Source: Eledone cirrhosa (taxonomy: Eukaryota). Taken from it: DNA of 64,000 nt. Shown here one piece after another: positions 25,922-41,248 of this stretch. The position numbers and the translations under genes are program-made. The stretch is from NCBI GenBank assembly GCA_964016885.1, contig OZ024742.1, positions 80,538,001 through 80,602,000 of the forward strand, given 5' to 3'. Within the stretch, counting starts at the first letter, position 1, and the number at the start of each line of letters is the position of its first letter. The notes below the pieces were generated by a model that searched no databases, was not told the DNA's origin, and saw only the letters and a list, made by a program, of their open reading frames with translations.

Positions 25922-25980
25922 AAAACGAAGGAGTTGTGGTAGGAAAGAAACCAGATGGTTAGGGTAGTAGAGTGGGTAAT

Positions 25981-26090
25981 AGGAAAATGTATGACCCCGG
26001 CGACAGAGCTGAAGCCGTTTCGACGGCTATTTCTGTCCAGAAATTGCCGTCGTCACGGCTTGAGCTCTGCCGTCGGGTCATACATTTCCT
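25981..26090. repeat. GC-rich near-perfect hairpin, about 110 nt
   Basis: aggaaaatgtatgacc...tttctg tc cagaaa...ggtcatacatttcct. Confidence 0.8.
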
Positions 26091-26177
26091 TATATATATA
26101 CATAAATATATATATATATATATAATATTAAGGGTGAAAGCAGCGATTCTTTGCTTAAACTTTAATCTGTCATTTTA

Positions 26178-26212
<35 letters not shown>

Positions 26213-26215
<3 letters not shown>

Positions 26216-26590
26216 TGAAACAAAATGAAAACGAAATTTCATTTCTCACTCTTAGTATGGCACTTACTTAAATGTAAGTATGCATGTATACGTACATACA
26301 TATATGTATACAGACGTACAGTAGCATGCACATATATATATATATATACATATATACATACATATGCATACAGGTACACATACATATATGCACGTATCAG
26401 TTTAGCGGCGCTAACGTCGCTTTGTTCGTTTGTAAACAAACTGAACAGCCTGAATTTATGCCATACGGTGTTAAGGCAACCACGTCACCTTTTTGTTCAA
26501 CACTGACACAGGAACGATGTACTAGTTTCAAGCTTGCTACTGTACGTCTGTATACATATATGTATGTACGTATACATGCATACTTACATA
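26213..26590 (-). mobile_element. Truncated copy of the 464-bp HHR family with a short inversion
   Basis: Homologous to 50184-50755. Breaks inside HHR stem II (agcttGAAACTAGTAcatcgt on minus). 26537-26590 is the inverse of 26272-26325. Confidence 0.7.
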
Positions 26591-26611
26591 TATATATATA
26601 TATATATATAT

Positions 26612-26841
26612 AGTAATAATAATAAAATTGAAGACTAAAATCCAAAGAGGGCTCGATAAGGAAAATATATATCAAATATATAAGAACCGTAGAGCAAATA
26701 TTTATTAAAATAACAGATTAAAGTTTAAGCAAAGAATCGCTGCTTTCACCCTCAACGGGATCTTCTGAAACTCAGTTTCAGAAGATCCCGTTAAGGGTGA
26801 AAGCAGCGATTCTTTGCTTAAACTTTAATCTGTTATTTTAA

Positions 26842-26848
<7 letters not shown>
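26612..26848. mobile_element. Fold-back family F1 copy: two back-to-back HHR motifs, 26722-26772 (-) and 26774-26824 (+), 1-nt spacer
   Basis: ...ttctgaaact c agtttcagaa... Both arms carry the CAGAAGA core. Confidence 0.8.
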
Positions 26849-26904
<56 letters not shown>

Positions 26905-28001
26905 TAACATATTCGTGTGTGTGTGCGTGTGTGTGTGTATGTGTGTGTATATATATAATTCTATTATAACACCTAAAACTTCAACGTATTCCTTTGTTTT
27001 CATTTCTTGTTTTCATTAAACACCTTTTCATGTAAAGCTCAATGAATATGGCTCGGAGATATGTAATATGTTGAACATGAATATATGCATTTATAATGCA
27101 GTAGTAATTTTACTAAATATGTAAATTAGAATTTTTCGCATGCTTTAATTATTCACAATTTTTTCTGTTCTATTTTTCATTTCATCTATTTCGTTTTCTT
27201 TGCTCAATATTCATAAGTCAAATTAATATTTTGCAAACAAAGGTCTATTAAATATAATCTGGATTATTTGTAATACATAATTAATCACCTATTATATTTT
27301 TATATTGTAAATAATATAATCAGCTACACATCTACTTATAATTCTGTATATTACAACGTAAACAAATCTCCCGTTCACTTTCAATTAATGTGAAAATTAC
27401 AAATGTTATGTTTTTAAATTTCTAACACACCTTCGTTTAAACATTAATGCATTATAACATTTTGATAATATTTATATTAGAATTATATTTTAGCATATTT
27501 CCCTAAAATTCAATATTACTATTTTTCAATATATACACTATTCCATTAATTATTTAGAAATATTTTATAACAATAATACTCTTTTACTTATATTTCTGAT
27601 TATAATGTATTTAGAATATATTTATATTTGTATTACACCTATACATAATTTCTAATATAATATCTGATAAATTACTTTCATTTCTATTTAAACATTTTTT
27701 TGTTCATTTGGTCTCGCATAGTTCACACCATTGTATCAGGTAATAGGTTTTATATTTAATTATCTAGAACCTTGGTTTTTTCCTTTTCCTATTTATTTAA
27801 AAATAATGGTGTTGTCCTAATTTGAAAATTAGGGTAGGTTTTTAACAGGTTTTAATAGAAATATGTTGTTTTTAATATATCATATGTATACAGTGATTCA
27901 AAGGATTCTAATTTATGAACATTACTTCGTGTGTTGTAATTTCTATCGTCTCTATATAAATGAAGGGGACAACATTAATATTTAATATCTTAGGTCCTGA
28001 T

Positions 28002-28102
<101 letters not shown>

Positions 28103-30603
28103 TATATATATATATATTTATATATGTGTGTGTGTGTGTGTACTATATACTACTTAAAGATACATTGCAGCGTTCAATATGGAATATAATAGATGGACAT
28201 GCGGTGAAGCCTATTTATGGAAATGTAGCTTTTCTTTTGAATTCGGATGCATGTAAATTGTTTTGAACATGCTAGGTCGTGGAGACATGGTGCTGGTAAT
28301 ATGTAGACCAATTTCATTGCCAAAGGTGGGCAGGTGAAGTACATCCCTTTTCATATTTCAAATGCTGCGTGAACAAGAAAAATGTCACTAGAACTCATAA
28401 TCTGCCTCAACTCTGCCATTGAAGAAATTTTGCCTCACAATTTTATCATGATAGCCTATATTTATTACGATAATCTTTCATAAACGTTACGAATTTCCTA
28501 TTCCTCAGAGTTTGTCTCTTGAGCATAGCATTTGATCAGAGTAGTAGCATCTTCCGAGCTTATATTTGAATATCTTCAAACAATCATACATTATCCTTGG
28601 TAAAGACAACAATGTATCTGTTATCTTATTTCTAATATCAAATTTAAAGCATGTAGAACGTATTGCAACTTCTATCCATGGAGAGGAAAATCTGTAACTT
28701 TTCAGCTTTCAAGCTGCCCATAACCCGGACATCGAATGTGACTTTATGCGGCTGTGTCCATGTTTTATACAACTATGACACAGGCGTTGATTCTTTGCTA
28801 CTGAGTCTGCATAACCCTGATATATTCAGACATTCCAAGAATTAAAATATGACTTTATTTGTGTTCGTGTTTCAACTGAATCATTGTTTGCAACTTTTAG
28901 GGCTCCATTTCCCACCCATTTTTTCAACACATCTGCTTTGTTATTTAGGAAATGAAACGAGCTACATACTTTCCCGAATATCTGGTGCTAAATGGCGAAC
29001 CTGTGTGCAGATTACCAACAAAGGGGTAGAAGGAATCTCTCTCCAATTATTATCGTTGCTGTTACGCAGCACGAAATAATTTTCAGTAATATCTTGATAG
29101 AAAGCATAATTCATTCAAATATATTTAAGATAAAAGGCCAACTATATATATTTTTTATTATACCTTTGCAAAAGCGAACCTATTACAATCACTTCTCAAT
29201 GTGCTCAACGAATTTTCCCTAGACCTTCAAGCTAAAGTATGAAGTGTCATCTACGCACATAAACACGTAACTCAATCAGAGATATATATTTACACGAAAA
29301 CCAGATTGGGAAATTTCATAGCATTTCATTAACGTTACGGTAGTTCTTGATACTACGGGGCCTATCCATATAAAATGTACTCCTGACCAAATCATGAATT
29401 TCTACCATCACGTTTATAATTCAAAGCTTTTCATACCGTTTTAATAAAAAATTAAACATTCAATCCTGAATAAAGAATACAAAGAATGTGAAAATTATTA
29501 ATGAATGTAACACTGAATATTATATGCTCAAACAATGTTTGTTTCTACTTGTGGCTCAATGCCAGCATACTCACACAAAAATGACTGGTGTACCAGCAAC
29601 CTCTAGAACTATAGTACTTATCATATTGCTGTACTTGAAAATCTAATGAAAGACATTTTGTTTCTGTAAGAATTGTATCTAAGCAGAGTAATCATTATGG
29701 CATGTAATCATGTTTGCATTGCATAACATTACATACGATTTAATGAAAAAGCTGGGAATTAGAATTAGGAGAAATAAAATAGCAATTAATATATCTAAAA
29801 TCGGACTCAGAAGTTTTATAAATTAATGTAACATGGGTTAATGGGATTTTATACACAAATTTGATCATGGTTCTGCTTAATTATCGAAGGCTTGGATTTA
29901 CAAAACAACACGTTCTACAAATGTCCCACAAGAGTGCCTTATCATGTGAAGGGTACATTAAATAATGTATTGTAGAAAGATAGAAAGGGAGGAAACGAAT
30001 TGGAGGGCCATTGCACATAAATAAAGAGATTATATATTCCGTCATAGAATATTAATTATATATAGTAAACGCATTCAGTCGTTTACTAATACTAAAGCAA
30101 AGCAAGTCTTTGTGGTTGTTAATTTCATTCTAATTATTAATGATCATGTTTATTAAATTTAGTGCTAAAGAAAAAATAGTTATAAATTACTTTCATTACA
30201 AATGGAAATTCATTTGAATATAATTCTAATTATTTCAAAGTAACGGTGCCAACTTTCAACTTTTGACATTACGTTAAGCGAATGCCATTTATAAACAGTG
30301 CGTTAGTTTGGAGAAGAGATATATTTCATTTTACAATATTTGCAAGTGTGTGTATGTGCTTGTGTGTGAGAGAGAAAGAGAGCGAGAGACAGTCTATGTG
30401 TGTATGTGTGTGTGCGTGAGAGAGATATTGTGTTAATATGTTTATTCGCGTGCATCAGCTACTGCTTTGGGGACGCATTTAACCACTACATTTAACTGGT
30501 GAAATGTGCTTGCCCGGCACACGTGAGAAGTGAGGTTCGATTTCCCATTTCTTTCTGTGTCCAAGCGAACTTATCCCTATTTAACATCTGTTATTATGAG
30601 TTG

Positions 30604-30790
30604 GATTGGCAGTATCGGAAGAGAGTCGGACACCATGCTTTACAATGCAGAGTTATGGTTCTTTACAGTCTGAGTTTAAATCTCGCCAAGGTTAACGTTG
30701 CCTTTCATCCTTACGGGTTCGATAAGATAAAGCACCAGTAATGCACTGGGGTAATTTCTGGCCTTGTGCCAAAAGTAGAAACAGTTATTA
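30604..30790 (+). mobile_element. tRNA-derived SINE
   Basis: Homologous to 8068-8257. Confidence 0.8.
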
Positions 30791-30901
30791 TATTTATATG
30801 AATTATGGTAGCTTCGACACACACGTGCACACACACGCACACGCGTGCACCCACCCCACCAAACATAAACATATGTATATATAAATATATATATATATAT
30901 A

Positions 30902-30979
<78 letters not shown>

Positions 30980-33470
30980 GTTAAAAATTAGGACAGAGCA
31001 GATGAGACGGATACCATCATGGAAGGAACCTTACTCGATATCTCGGAAAGGTGTATGCTGAAATTCCATAAGGTACACATAGTATAATCTATGGGCGCAT
31101 TGATTATGTAAAGTTATTTGTGGTTCGTTAAAGGAGAAAATAGGCTTTGTATGTGACAAATGCATAGTAGAATTCTGGACTCAAAGCACATAAGAAATTA
31201 TGTTTACTTCTCCTGTGCAACTACAACATACATAGCTTATTTTCTTCGTTAACTTGCCTGGAATTGCTATACATTTCTTTATATAGCTGTCAAAATCTGA
31301 TAAAGAACCCCTCTGGTAATACTCAGTTAACAGAAAGATTCTTTCTAAATTTCTGTCAGCTATAAAAATAATTGTAAAGTTATCTCAGTGGTTAGGACCC
31401 GTTGAAAATGCCGATTCAGGAATCGCGAGAATTGGTGATGCCCTGTACTCGAGAAGACCCCACTTCCACCCATTAAATGTGACCTGACGCATCTCATTTC
31501 AGCCCACTCCATTAGCACTCCTTTGTAACTAATATTACCATTATTGTACACACCCATCCCCTCTATACCTCATCTAGTGTCACTCCTTACATATACTCTC
31601 CATCACTCCATTTGCCTCTAACGTCCTTAGTATCTATACTCCCTATCACACATTGATAGCTACTGTCTCCATCCCTGTGAAGCCGCCCCACATTCCATAA
31701 CTCCTCCACTATCACCTTACATCACAAAAATCAAGACTCATCCGTAAGAGCCCATGTACATGATCAAACAGCAGACCCATGGCCTCATATCTATCCCCTC
31801 TTAGCTATTCCATCTATCACTATATGCCCCCTCTAAAATCCTGTCACAGCTATGACTATTCCCTACGAGATCGTAAGTCACCAATTCTCCACTACTCATC
31901 ATGTGTCAAATTTTACCATAGTTACATACACCCATGAAGTCATAATTAAATTGATGCTGTATCTCACCCATTTCACACAAAGCAGAGAGGACTTTTCCGT
32001 CGCTGGTACCACAGAAATGCAACCAGTACACCAAATGTTTTTGGCGATGGAAAGAGACCCACTGTAGTCACTATGAATAAAAAGGTCGAGAGTCCCGCTT
32101 CTTTGTGTCAATGGCACGACACCCTCTCTAGTGTTGGTGATATACACACTAAATCTGCCAAGTACTCGTTAGGAATTGATTTAAGATAGAAAGAATATCA
32201 AGACATAGACAGCCTGGTTAAGAATATGATCCATCCGTAGAAAACCTGCCAAACGTATAATGAAGTTGATTCTTCATCTGTGTAAAAATTACAAAACAAT
32301 TCCTAATGAAAAATATTGTATCCCGCGCTTGAGTACTAACGATTAGAGAAAACGACGGTTAACTGATGTTTTATAAATATGTACGAGAAGAAGTATGTAC
32401 GTCTCTCTTTTGTGGTGATCAGCGTGTCACACGACCACACCGCTCCTCATTTCAGTCGGTTTATTGACGATGTTATGCCGTTCTTGGTATGAGCAGTGGG
32501 AATTGATATCAGCCCGGGAGATATTGCTACACTGGGATCGTTTCCAGAAATTGAAGCATTTCTCCACACGATGGAAGGAATTGAAGAACGTGTCTCGGAC
32601 AGTGAATTGTGTGGGTGATGGCTACAATCAAATGGTCGAATCCCTGGATCAACAACACGGCTATTGTTGCTTGGCAGCAGAGAGTTGCCGTAAACACTTT
32701 GCTTTGTCCGGTAAAGAAAACTTCGAAGTCCGTGCTTGTACGTATGAATATATGTTAAGGCAGTTTCTTCCCTTGAATGTGTTGCAACTGATTGTTTCAA
32801 TATTGCAGATATGGACAAATAAATGGTTTGGGTTTAAATGTAAGAAATGACAGCAGAAGTAAAAGTAGTTGCGATTTTTGACAGGCTATAACTTGGAGAT
32901 CTGCTTTAATTTTAACGCCTGCTAAATTTCAATAGGTTTAGTTTCTTGCTAAATATACTGATGAAGAGAATCACTGTCTTAAGAAGTTTACTAAATTGGT
33001 GATATATACTAATTACTGTGATCGATGGTAAACAATCTATTTTCTGAATTACAGAATCAGATATTTTAACACCTAAGTATATCTATTTAAATTTGTATTT
33101 GAATCCGCATATCAATTGCACTATATATATGTGTGCAAGATACTAGTTTGTTTTTCAATTGATATATGCAGAAAAAACCCAATTACACAGATATTATAGA
33201 AAGAAGTTTGTTTGACTATATATGTGTGTTTATATCTATACTATATCTGTATTTTTGAGCGTTGGTCAGTCAATAAAAAACATTGAGGACCAACTGAATT
33301 AACTGTGGAGATATAAAAGATACAGAAGCGAAAACCAGCGAAACAGTGAGTGTGTTCGGTTATTATTTCTGGTAATATTATTACAAAAATATGACCCTCC
33401 CCAAGTATAGCAATATTTGTTTCGACACACGATTTCATATAAGAAACCTCGCAATACAAATTCATCGCCG

Positions 33471-33644
<174 letters not shown>

Positions 33645-33649
33645 GGCAT

Positions 33650-34133
33650 GTTCGGAATTCTATTTCAAAGATGGACAACGTTTTATAGTAAAACACAATT
33701 TCACATGTGCGTCGGAAAATCTAATATATGTATTAACTTGCTCAGGTTGTCGAGAACAATACATAGACCAGACAAAAAACAGCCTCCACCAACGCATGAC
33801 TGTCCATAGATCCCAAATTAAAATACGGGTACAGGAAAATACCACTGAGTGAACACATTGATACCTGTGCCGCCCAAAATCATCCCAACTTCAGAATCTT
33901 TCCCCTCTACAAATTTAAAGATAATGCCACCCACACCCAGCGCATCAGCAAGGAATCTTACTTCATTAACAAATACGGACCCCGTCTAAACACTTCTCCC
34001 TAAGACGAACCCACAACATACACACGTTAACATACATACCTACATCAGCACACATCTCCACCCACATATAAACACAATGACATACGTAAACACACATGCT
34101 CTATGGTGCAACACAGAAAAATATATGTGTATA

Positions 34134-34197
<64 letters not shown>

Positions 34198-34579
34198 ATA
34201 TATGTAGTGTGTGTATATATATGTAGTGAATATCATTTCACACCTTTTATTGTTAAGATTTTTGATGTTCTATTAAGAGAGCCGATTTTACTGAAAGAAT
34301 CGAATAATGTACACCATTTTACCAGGGGGAAAAATACTGGTCCACCCACACACACATACACACACACACGCACACACACACACATATATACACACACACA
34401 TACACAGGCGTACATTAACATACAAAGAGACTTATACACACACACACACGCACTTCTCCGTATAAGACAAAAGCTGAAAAATATCTTTTGACATGCTAAA
34501 ATACCCCCCATTGCTTTCAGACACATTCTTACAGACCATCCCTGCTACCACGAATTACTCTGCTATACACACACACACA

Positions 34580-34618
<39 letters not shown>

Positions 34619-35209
34619 ATCTTAATAGCCATTTGACACACATCCCTGCTAACCATTATCACAACATCGAACACCTTACTACTAATACTACTACACACAC
34701 ACACACACACACACACACATATTTGTTGTGAAAGAGTCATTTCGCAATCTTGGCGCAAAACCAATTTTTTATTCACATGACCTCTACCGACTAATCAAAA
34801 TTGTTTTGACCACAAGAATTTTTGCAAACACCAAATAGCGCTGGAGCTACTTTTTTAACATAAAAACAGTCTTGGCGCAAAATCAATTGTTTACATTCAC
34901 ATGACCTCTACCGACCAATCAAAATTGTTTTCACCGCAAGAATTTCTGCAACACCAAAGTAACGCTGGAGCAACTTTTTTAACATGAAAACAGGTAGAAT
35001 TCCCAAAACTAATCAGATCAGAGCAAACAACACGGACACTCTATCTCAAAATTATTTTTGAAAAGCATTTAGAAATGCGCAACCGGTAAAAACTTAAAAA
35101 CTTAAAACCACAACTGAATACTAACCCATACAATCACTAATACTCTTTTTTTCCTAATTAAACCATTTTTCAACTGTGAACAATTTGTCAGCATTTTCTA
35201 TCCCGTTTA

Positions 35210-35212
<3 letters not shown>
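33650..35212 (+). mobile_element. Penelope-like family A 3' part (GIY-YIG remnant to about 34002, 3' UTR, HHR-like motif at 35055-35091)
   Basis: FTCASENLIYVLTCSGCREQYIDQTKNSLHQRMTVHRSQIK. Confidence 0.85.
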
Positions 35213-35255
<43 letters not shown>

Positions 35256-35766
35256 ACTGATGAATAGCTTATGTTAATTTTAACCCTTCTGCTAGGAACT
35301 CTATTCGATTTGTGATGTTTTTGCATTCTTGCAAATATATACACAACTGAATTCATTCGCCTGATATAGGGGTTGCCTCCCTTGCCGATCCCCACGTGGG
35401 GTCAGCAATAGTCACTCCTTATATTAACATTGGACTAAAACCTGTTGAGAAAGTGGCTTACTTGTTCAATCATCTTACCAGAAGCCTGACATTATTTATG
35501 TAAGCGCACGGTACTTGATTTAGGAGCCGCAGATACCCATATACTGGATTTTACCAACCTTCCAGGGGTGCGGGTAAATTTTCAATACCCGAATTACTTG
35601 ATCGTTTTTTTGGCTATGCGAATGATTGCTTAACCATCGTCTCAGTGTGTTTGGCCTTTAACGTTTGTTATAGCTCTGGCTCATCTGAATCATTGAGCAC
35701 TTGCGCACATCTCGGAGGTTGTTTTTCGTTATTTCGTGGGCCGAAATGCGAATCTCGATAATTTAT

Positions 35767-35802
<36 letters not shown>

Positions 35803-35806
<4 letters not shown>

Positions 35807-36640
35807 AAAAGAAATTGAAATGCAACTGGAGTCTTTTAAAGAATATTCTTTATTTACTTTACCGGTTTCACAGTTCTTATGCTTTTCAAAATTAAAATTG
35901 GGATGGAGGGTTTGTGGTTGGTATTCAAAAGTTATTTGTGTTACAAGCCGAACGAGTTTTTCAAAAAAAATTTGGTTGGTTGATGGGTGTCACGTGAATA
36001 TATATAATAAATTTCGCGTCCGTTCGCGTTACAAAGATCTTATTGTATTTACCTTTAAACATGTGGCTCAATTATATGCGTAATTTGGTTGGTTGATGAT
36101 TTTCACGTGAATAATACAATAAATTTCGTGCCATCTCCTGTTTGAAGGTTCTTTATTGCCATTTTAATTATTGGTCACAGTAACATGATTGGCCATATAA
36201 TGTAGGTGCCAGAAAATGATGGTTTGTCATAGAAAGTTATGTGCGAAACAAAAGATGGTGGTCAAGAAATGGGAGAAATAGTTCTGGTTCTGTGGGTAAA
36301 ACTGATGTCCTTCTGAGGTGTCAACATTTAGAATCTCTAGTGAAATAAATTGAATGTTTGTGTCGATAGTGGTGGCTGCAGTGATGGTGGTGGCAGAGAA
36401 GAAAAGGGGAATACAATATTTTATTTTTTTGCGCGTGTGTGTGCGGGTGTGTACCAAAACGGTGTATTGTCTTGATAATAGAAATACAAATGATTTCATT
36501 AGTAGAAATGGAGGAGGGTGTTATGTGTGTGTGTATATGTGTGTGGAATATGGTTAGCATGTTAAGAGGTTAACATATTAACGTATGTTGAAGTATATTT
36601 AGCCCTGGTCTTTTATTTTTTAATATAGAGAAGGGTGTTA
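35803..36640 (-). mobile_element. PLE 3' UTR/pLTR related to 20700-22230, with a U3:A8 HHR motif at 35857-35892
   Basis: Minus strand TTGAAAA GCAT aagaa CTGT GAAAC CG GTA; shares the gactccagttgc terminus. Confidence 0.7.
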
Positions 36641-36850
36641 CGTTTGTATATATCTATATAAGTTGTGTTGTGTGTGTCTGTATGTGTACAAGTGTGTGTG
36701 CCTATGTATGTGTGTATGCATGTGCTGAAAGATGGAGAATAAAGTGAACACAATTTCAGGAATCTCCGAATACATTGGAATGTATACGGTTTTCTCCCAC
36801 GTATTTTATACAATATCGTATTCCATTGTTCATTATAACCTACATTTAGG

Positions 36851-36986
<136 letters not shown>

Positions 36987-37189
36987 GAAAAAAACTTCAG
37001 AACCACGACGGCTGAGCTCGGCAAGAAGTTACCCGTCGGGGTCCCGAGTCTTTTTAATGTAGCCATAATCGACTACCCCAAGGATCGAGTACGCTGTTGA
37101 GTAGTGGTCTAACCAATTTCAAACTGCATCCATTCTGATATATATATATATCTTTTATTTGATTTGAAGTGAAATCATAAGTTTTAAAT

Positions 37190-38260
37190 GATATTAATAT
37201 ATGTTTCTAGGGTTATGTTTGCAGTGAAATCACCGCACTATTTGAATTTTACCTTTTGGAGTCATCGTCTCCAAAGATTAGTCGTCATGCAATAGATGAT
37301 TCATCTGGTAAACACACCAGTCTTAATTATCTCACAAGACAAGTCTAACATTTCTTAGCTTAAGTATTTGAAACAGTCACCATAATTGGCCAAGTCATTC
37401 ACAAATTGCTTCATCAGCCCACGTTTGATATGCAATGGGAAGCAAGTTTCATTGGATTAACAAGCCATTCTCTCCAATGTTGAAGTCCGTTCTGTCTGGC
37501 CATGTCTTTCGTATAAGATGATTACATTTGCTCGACCGTCCCAGACACAAAATCAAGGATAATTTATATAACCATCTTTTAGATGAAGAAGCAATCCAAT
37601 GAAGTCCAAGTCCCCTCATATATTTCAGTTGTACTCCTCATACCGTGTCTTTACAAGAATTCTTTTCATACAGTCATACTTTCCTTTAGCGTTACAGATT
37701 GTCCAATCTGTATAGAAGCAAACTCATTGCTGTACTACCGCACTACATACGATAGATTTTGAGATGTCTATACAAATGCGCCAGTCTTCTAGATTGTATT
37801 CACACTTCTTGGCAGGCATGAGCCCTTTAATATAATTGCAATAAACAAAATAATCATCTCTGCCGAGGAATGAGACACGTATTATGTAAAGGACCGCAAC
37901 AATGAGTTGTTTGTTAGCATCTAATTGTACACAGTAAAAGTCTACCATCATCACGGCAGTTAAAACTGGTTAGATTGGAAATATTGAACATTGCCCATAT
38001 TTGATGCTTTTTTTATTTACTGAAGATACTTAAATCATGACTTGATTTAATTTTTGTAGTTCCATTTACTTCATACGACATTGAAAACACACTGTTTCAA
38101 TGTTACTACTAGATCCATACACGGGTCTATGTTTTCTAAAGACAAAAATATCCTTAGAAACGTGACAATACCGGGGTTTGTGAAAAATGTTTTATGATAT
38201 AGCAAAATAGATTTCATTTTTTAAAATCATTCAGCACCCAAAGATTACTAGGAAATATTT
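37190..38260 (-). mobile_element. Chapaev (CMC superfamily) DNA transposon fossil
   Basis: Minus-strand remnants YNLEDWRICIDISK and LPLHIKRGLMKQFVNDLANYGDCFKYL resemble the Chapaev3 motifs WRLFIDSSK and LPPLHIKLGLMKQFVKAL. Confidence 0.75.
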
Positions 38261-38366
38261 CTCCAACACCAGGCAGAAAACCATGTTTCCCTAAAATGAA
38301 ACTTAATTGTGTGTGATTTATTGGCAGTATAACACTCAAAATGCCTATGTAGATCTCTCTCCCTGC

Positions 38367-38452
<86 letters not shown>

Positions 38453-38545
38453 CTCCCTATCTATCTATTTACACCCTCTATTTCTGTCTCTCTATCTCTC
38501 TGTCTCTGTATTTATATATACATTTATATATATACATACTTACAA

Positions 38546-38617
<72 letters not shown>

Positions 38618-39106
38618 ATGTCTGTTTGTTTGTGTGTGTGTATGTGTTCCCGTGTATAACTGCCTCCCATATGACTCGTAAAATATATCAATAATCGATA
38701 ATTTGTGGAGATAACCATTTCTGATATAAGTTTCACCTCCATTTACAGACTTACTTATGCAGTACATTTCAAAATGTCACATAATAGCTGACCAAAAATC
38801 AATTTTGTAAATGTCTAGCATGTGAGTTTTCTAATTGAGGTAATTCAAATTTATATTTCCTGTAAATTCTTGAACTATATCAATGAACATTTTTTCTTGT
38901 TGTACTGTGGTTGTTAATAAGAATGCATATTTGCAGGAAAATGAAAATGCTCTCAATGACAGAATGCTATTTTGAGGCCTATCGGAATGCTGTGTATGTG
39001 TTTAAATGGTGTGATACGTTGAACTAATATTATCGGCGCACAATGCTAAATGTTGAGAAACATTTCCTATGCACAATTCATCTCTAATAAACTCAGATTA
39101 ATAATA

Positions 39107-39298
39107 AATTGGCAGTATCGGTAGAGGGTCGGACGCTATAACTCTATGCTTTGACGAATAGAGTTATAGCCCTTGCCATTCTCAGTTCAAATCCCGCCGA
39201 GGTTAACTTTGCCTTTCATCCTTACGAGATTGATAAAATAAAGTACCAGTAATACACTGGTAATTGCTGGCCTTGTCCCAACAGTAGAAACAATTATT
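39107..39298 (+). mobile_element. tRNA-derived SINE
   Basis: A and B boxes; homologous to 8068-8257. Confidence 0.85.
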
Positions 39299-41030
39299 AA
39301 TAAATGTAAGGAAAACCACACAACATAAAGCACAATATGCATCATTTTCTAAAATGTCGATAAGTGAATTTTTCTTTCACTATCTTCGTATCTACATTAC
39401 ATGAACTCTCCATTCAAGCCTTTTCACCTTAGCGTTTGATGACATACACAATCAGCACAATATTTCTGTTTTCCAATGTCTATTGGCTATTCTTAGTTTA
39501 GTCAAACTTACTAAATAATTATGCACTGGCTAAGAGATATAGACAGATCGAAATCCATGTGGTCTATAGACATTATATTAAATTGTATCAGCAGGAACAT
39601 TCTCCCTTTATTGATCACCCCCACCGCATGGATACCATTAAAATGAGTTTCTATCTATAATTGGTAAGTATAGTCTCAGTTGGGTAAATCCGTCGCCAAG
39701 ACCAATGATCGTACTCAAAAAGGGAGACTATTCCTTTATATAGACTGTATGCAGAGGGCTGCTCGCTTTCACTTTTAACTATCCTAAGTTAAAACATATT
39801 CGTTCTATTTTCGTATATTTATATGGCATTCCTAATCTTGCCTGACGTGCTAAGCTACGTTGCCATGTTCGGTAGCTTGAATAAGATTTGAATTGGTGGC
39901 ATATAGACAGTATCATGTCACATAGTATGATTATAATCCGTTCGAGAAGACGTGAATCAGGCTATTGAATATCTCTCCCATCCTAACTTCTCAAGAAAGG
40001 CAGTGGAAATTGTTTCACATTATGTATATTCAGACTCCGAAACGTTTGTATATATACATTTCATTCAGATCTTTCCACCCAAATATTTTCTCTTCATTCT
40101 CTGTTCACATACACACACATACGTACACACACTCACGTACACATACAACCATACGAACGTACACTCACATGCATTCACATGCACTCACATTGTTTTCATA
40201 ATAGCAACATCGTCTACATAATTTAAATCTATTTAAACTCTACTGGAATGTTTTCAATTCACATATATTTGCATGGAGCCACTTCAACAGGATCCATTTA
40301 TAAGAACATACGTAACGAAACCCATTTATAAAAAGGCAAATAGAAATGTCAGCATGATTCATAAGAGTGTTATATGAAAGCAAGTTTCACGACCTTGTAA
40401 TAGTTAGCAATATCACTGATGTATCGTAATTAACAAATATATATATATATATATAGGAATATACAAACTGTTTAGGTATATTAAACATACGTAGGTCTCG
40501 CTATTCACATCTTACGCAGTAGTTGTGAGAGAACGCGAAACACTAGTATACAAGGATTTTATCTGTCTTAAATAACGATTATGCACTCTATTTTGAGGCA
40601 ATCTGTGTACAACTTTGAATCTGACTATGAAAATTGAATTAGCATATTGAACATCAAACAACTTATATATATGGAATATTATATCGATAAACAATTTGGA
40701 ACACAGTCATATTGGTTTATTGCACCATAAAGTATGATTTGCTATATGTGACTTGATAGGTTTGCGAAAACCTTGCGATTCATTTTGCAGTTTCGGGTAG
40801 ATCTTGTAAAAATATAATAAAATTGTTAAAAAATGCATGAAAACAACCAAAGAAAAGCAATAATATAGAATTAGAAGGGAAAGATATTAGTAATAAACAA
40901 TTATCGGGGAAAGTGAAACGGGCTTCAAGGACCACAAAGCACTAAAACAAATCTAAAGCAAAATGAAGAAGATCAATGTTTTCAATTTTCCGAAATTATT
41001 GATTAATTAATGAAGTGCAATGCCATGTTG

Positions 41031-41123
<93 letters not shown>

Positions 41124-41125
41124 GC

Positions 41126-41248
<123 letters not shown>

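Noticed and set aside
31416-32130. Possible highly decayed PLE endonuclease region
   Set aside because: Only faint similarity, too degraded to support a call.
32290-32850. 128-aa and 123-aa overlapping ORFs as a possible host exon
   Set aside because: No recognisable domain or convincing splice context. Likely a decayed repeat.
36722-36790. Additional HHR-like traces (also near 8913-8970, 22665-22770, 45515-45568, 51715-51760)
   Set aside because: Each has multiple core or stem defects. Plausible fossils, but not supportable individually.
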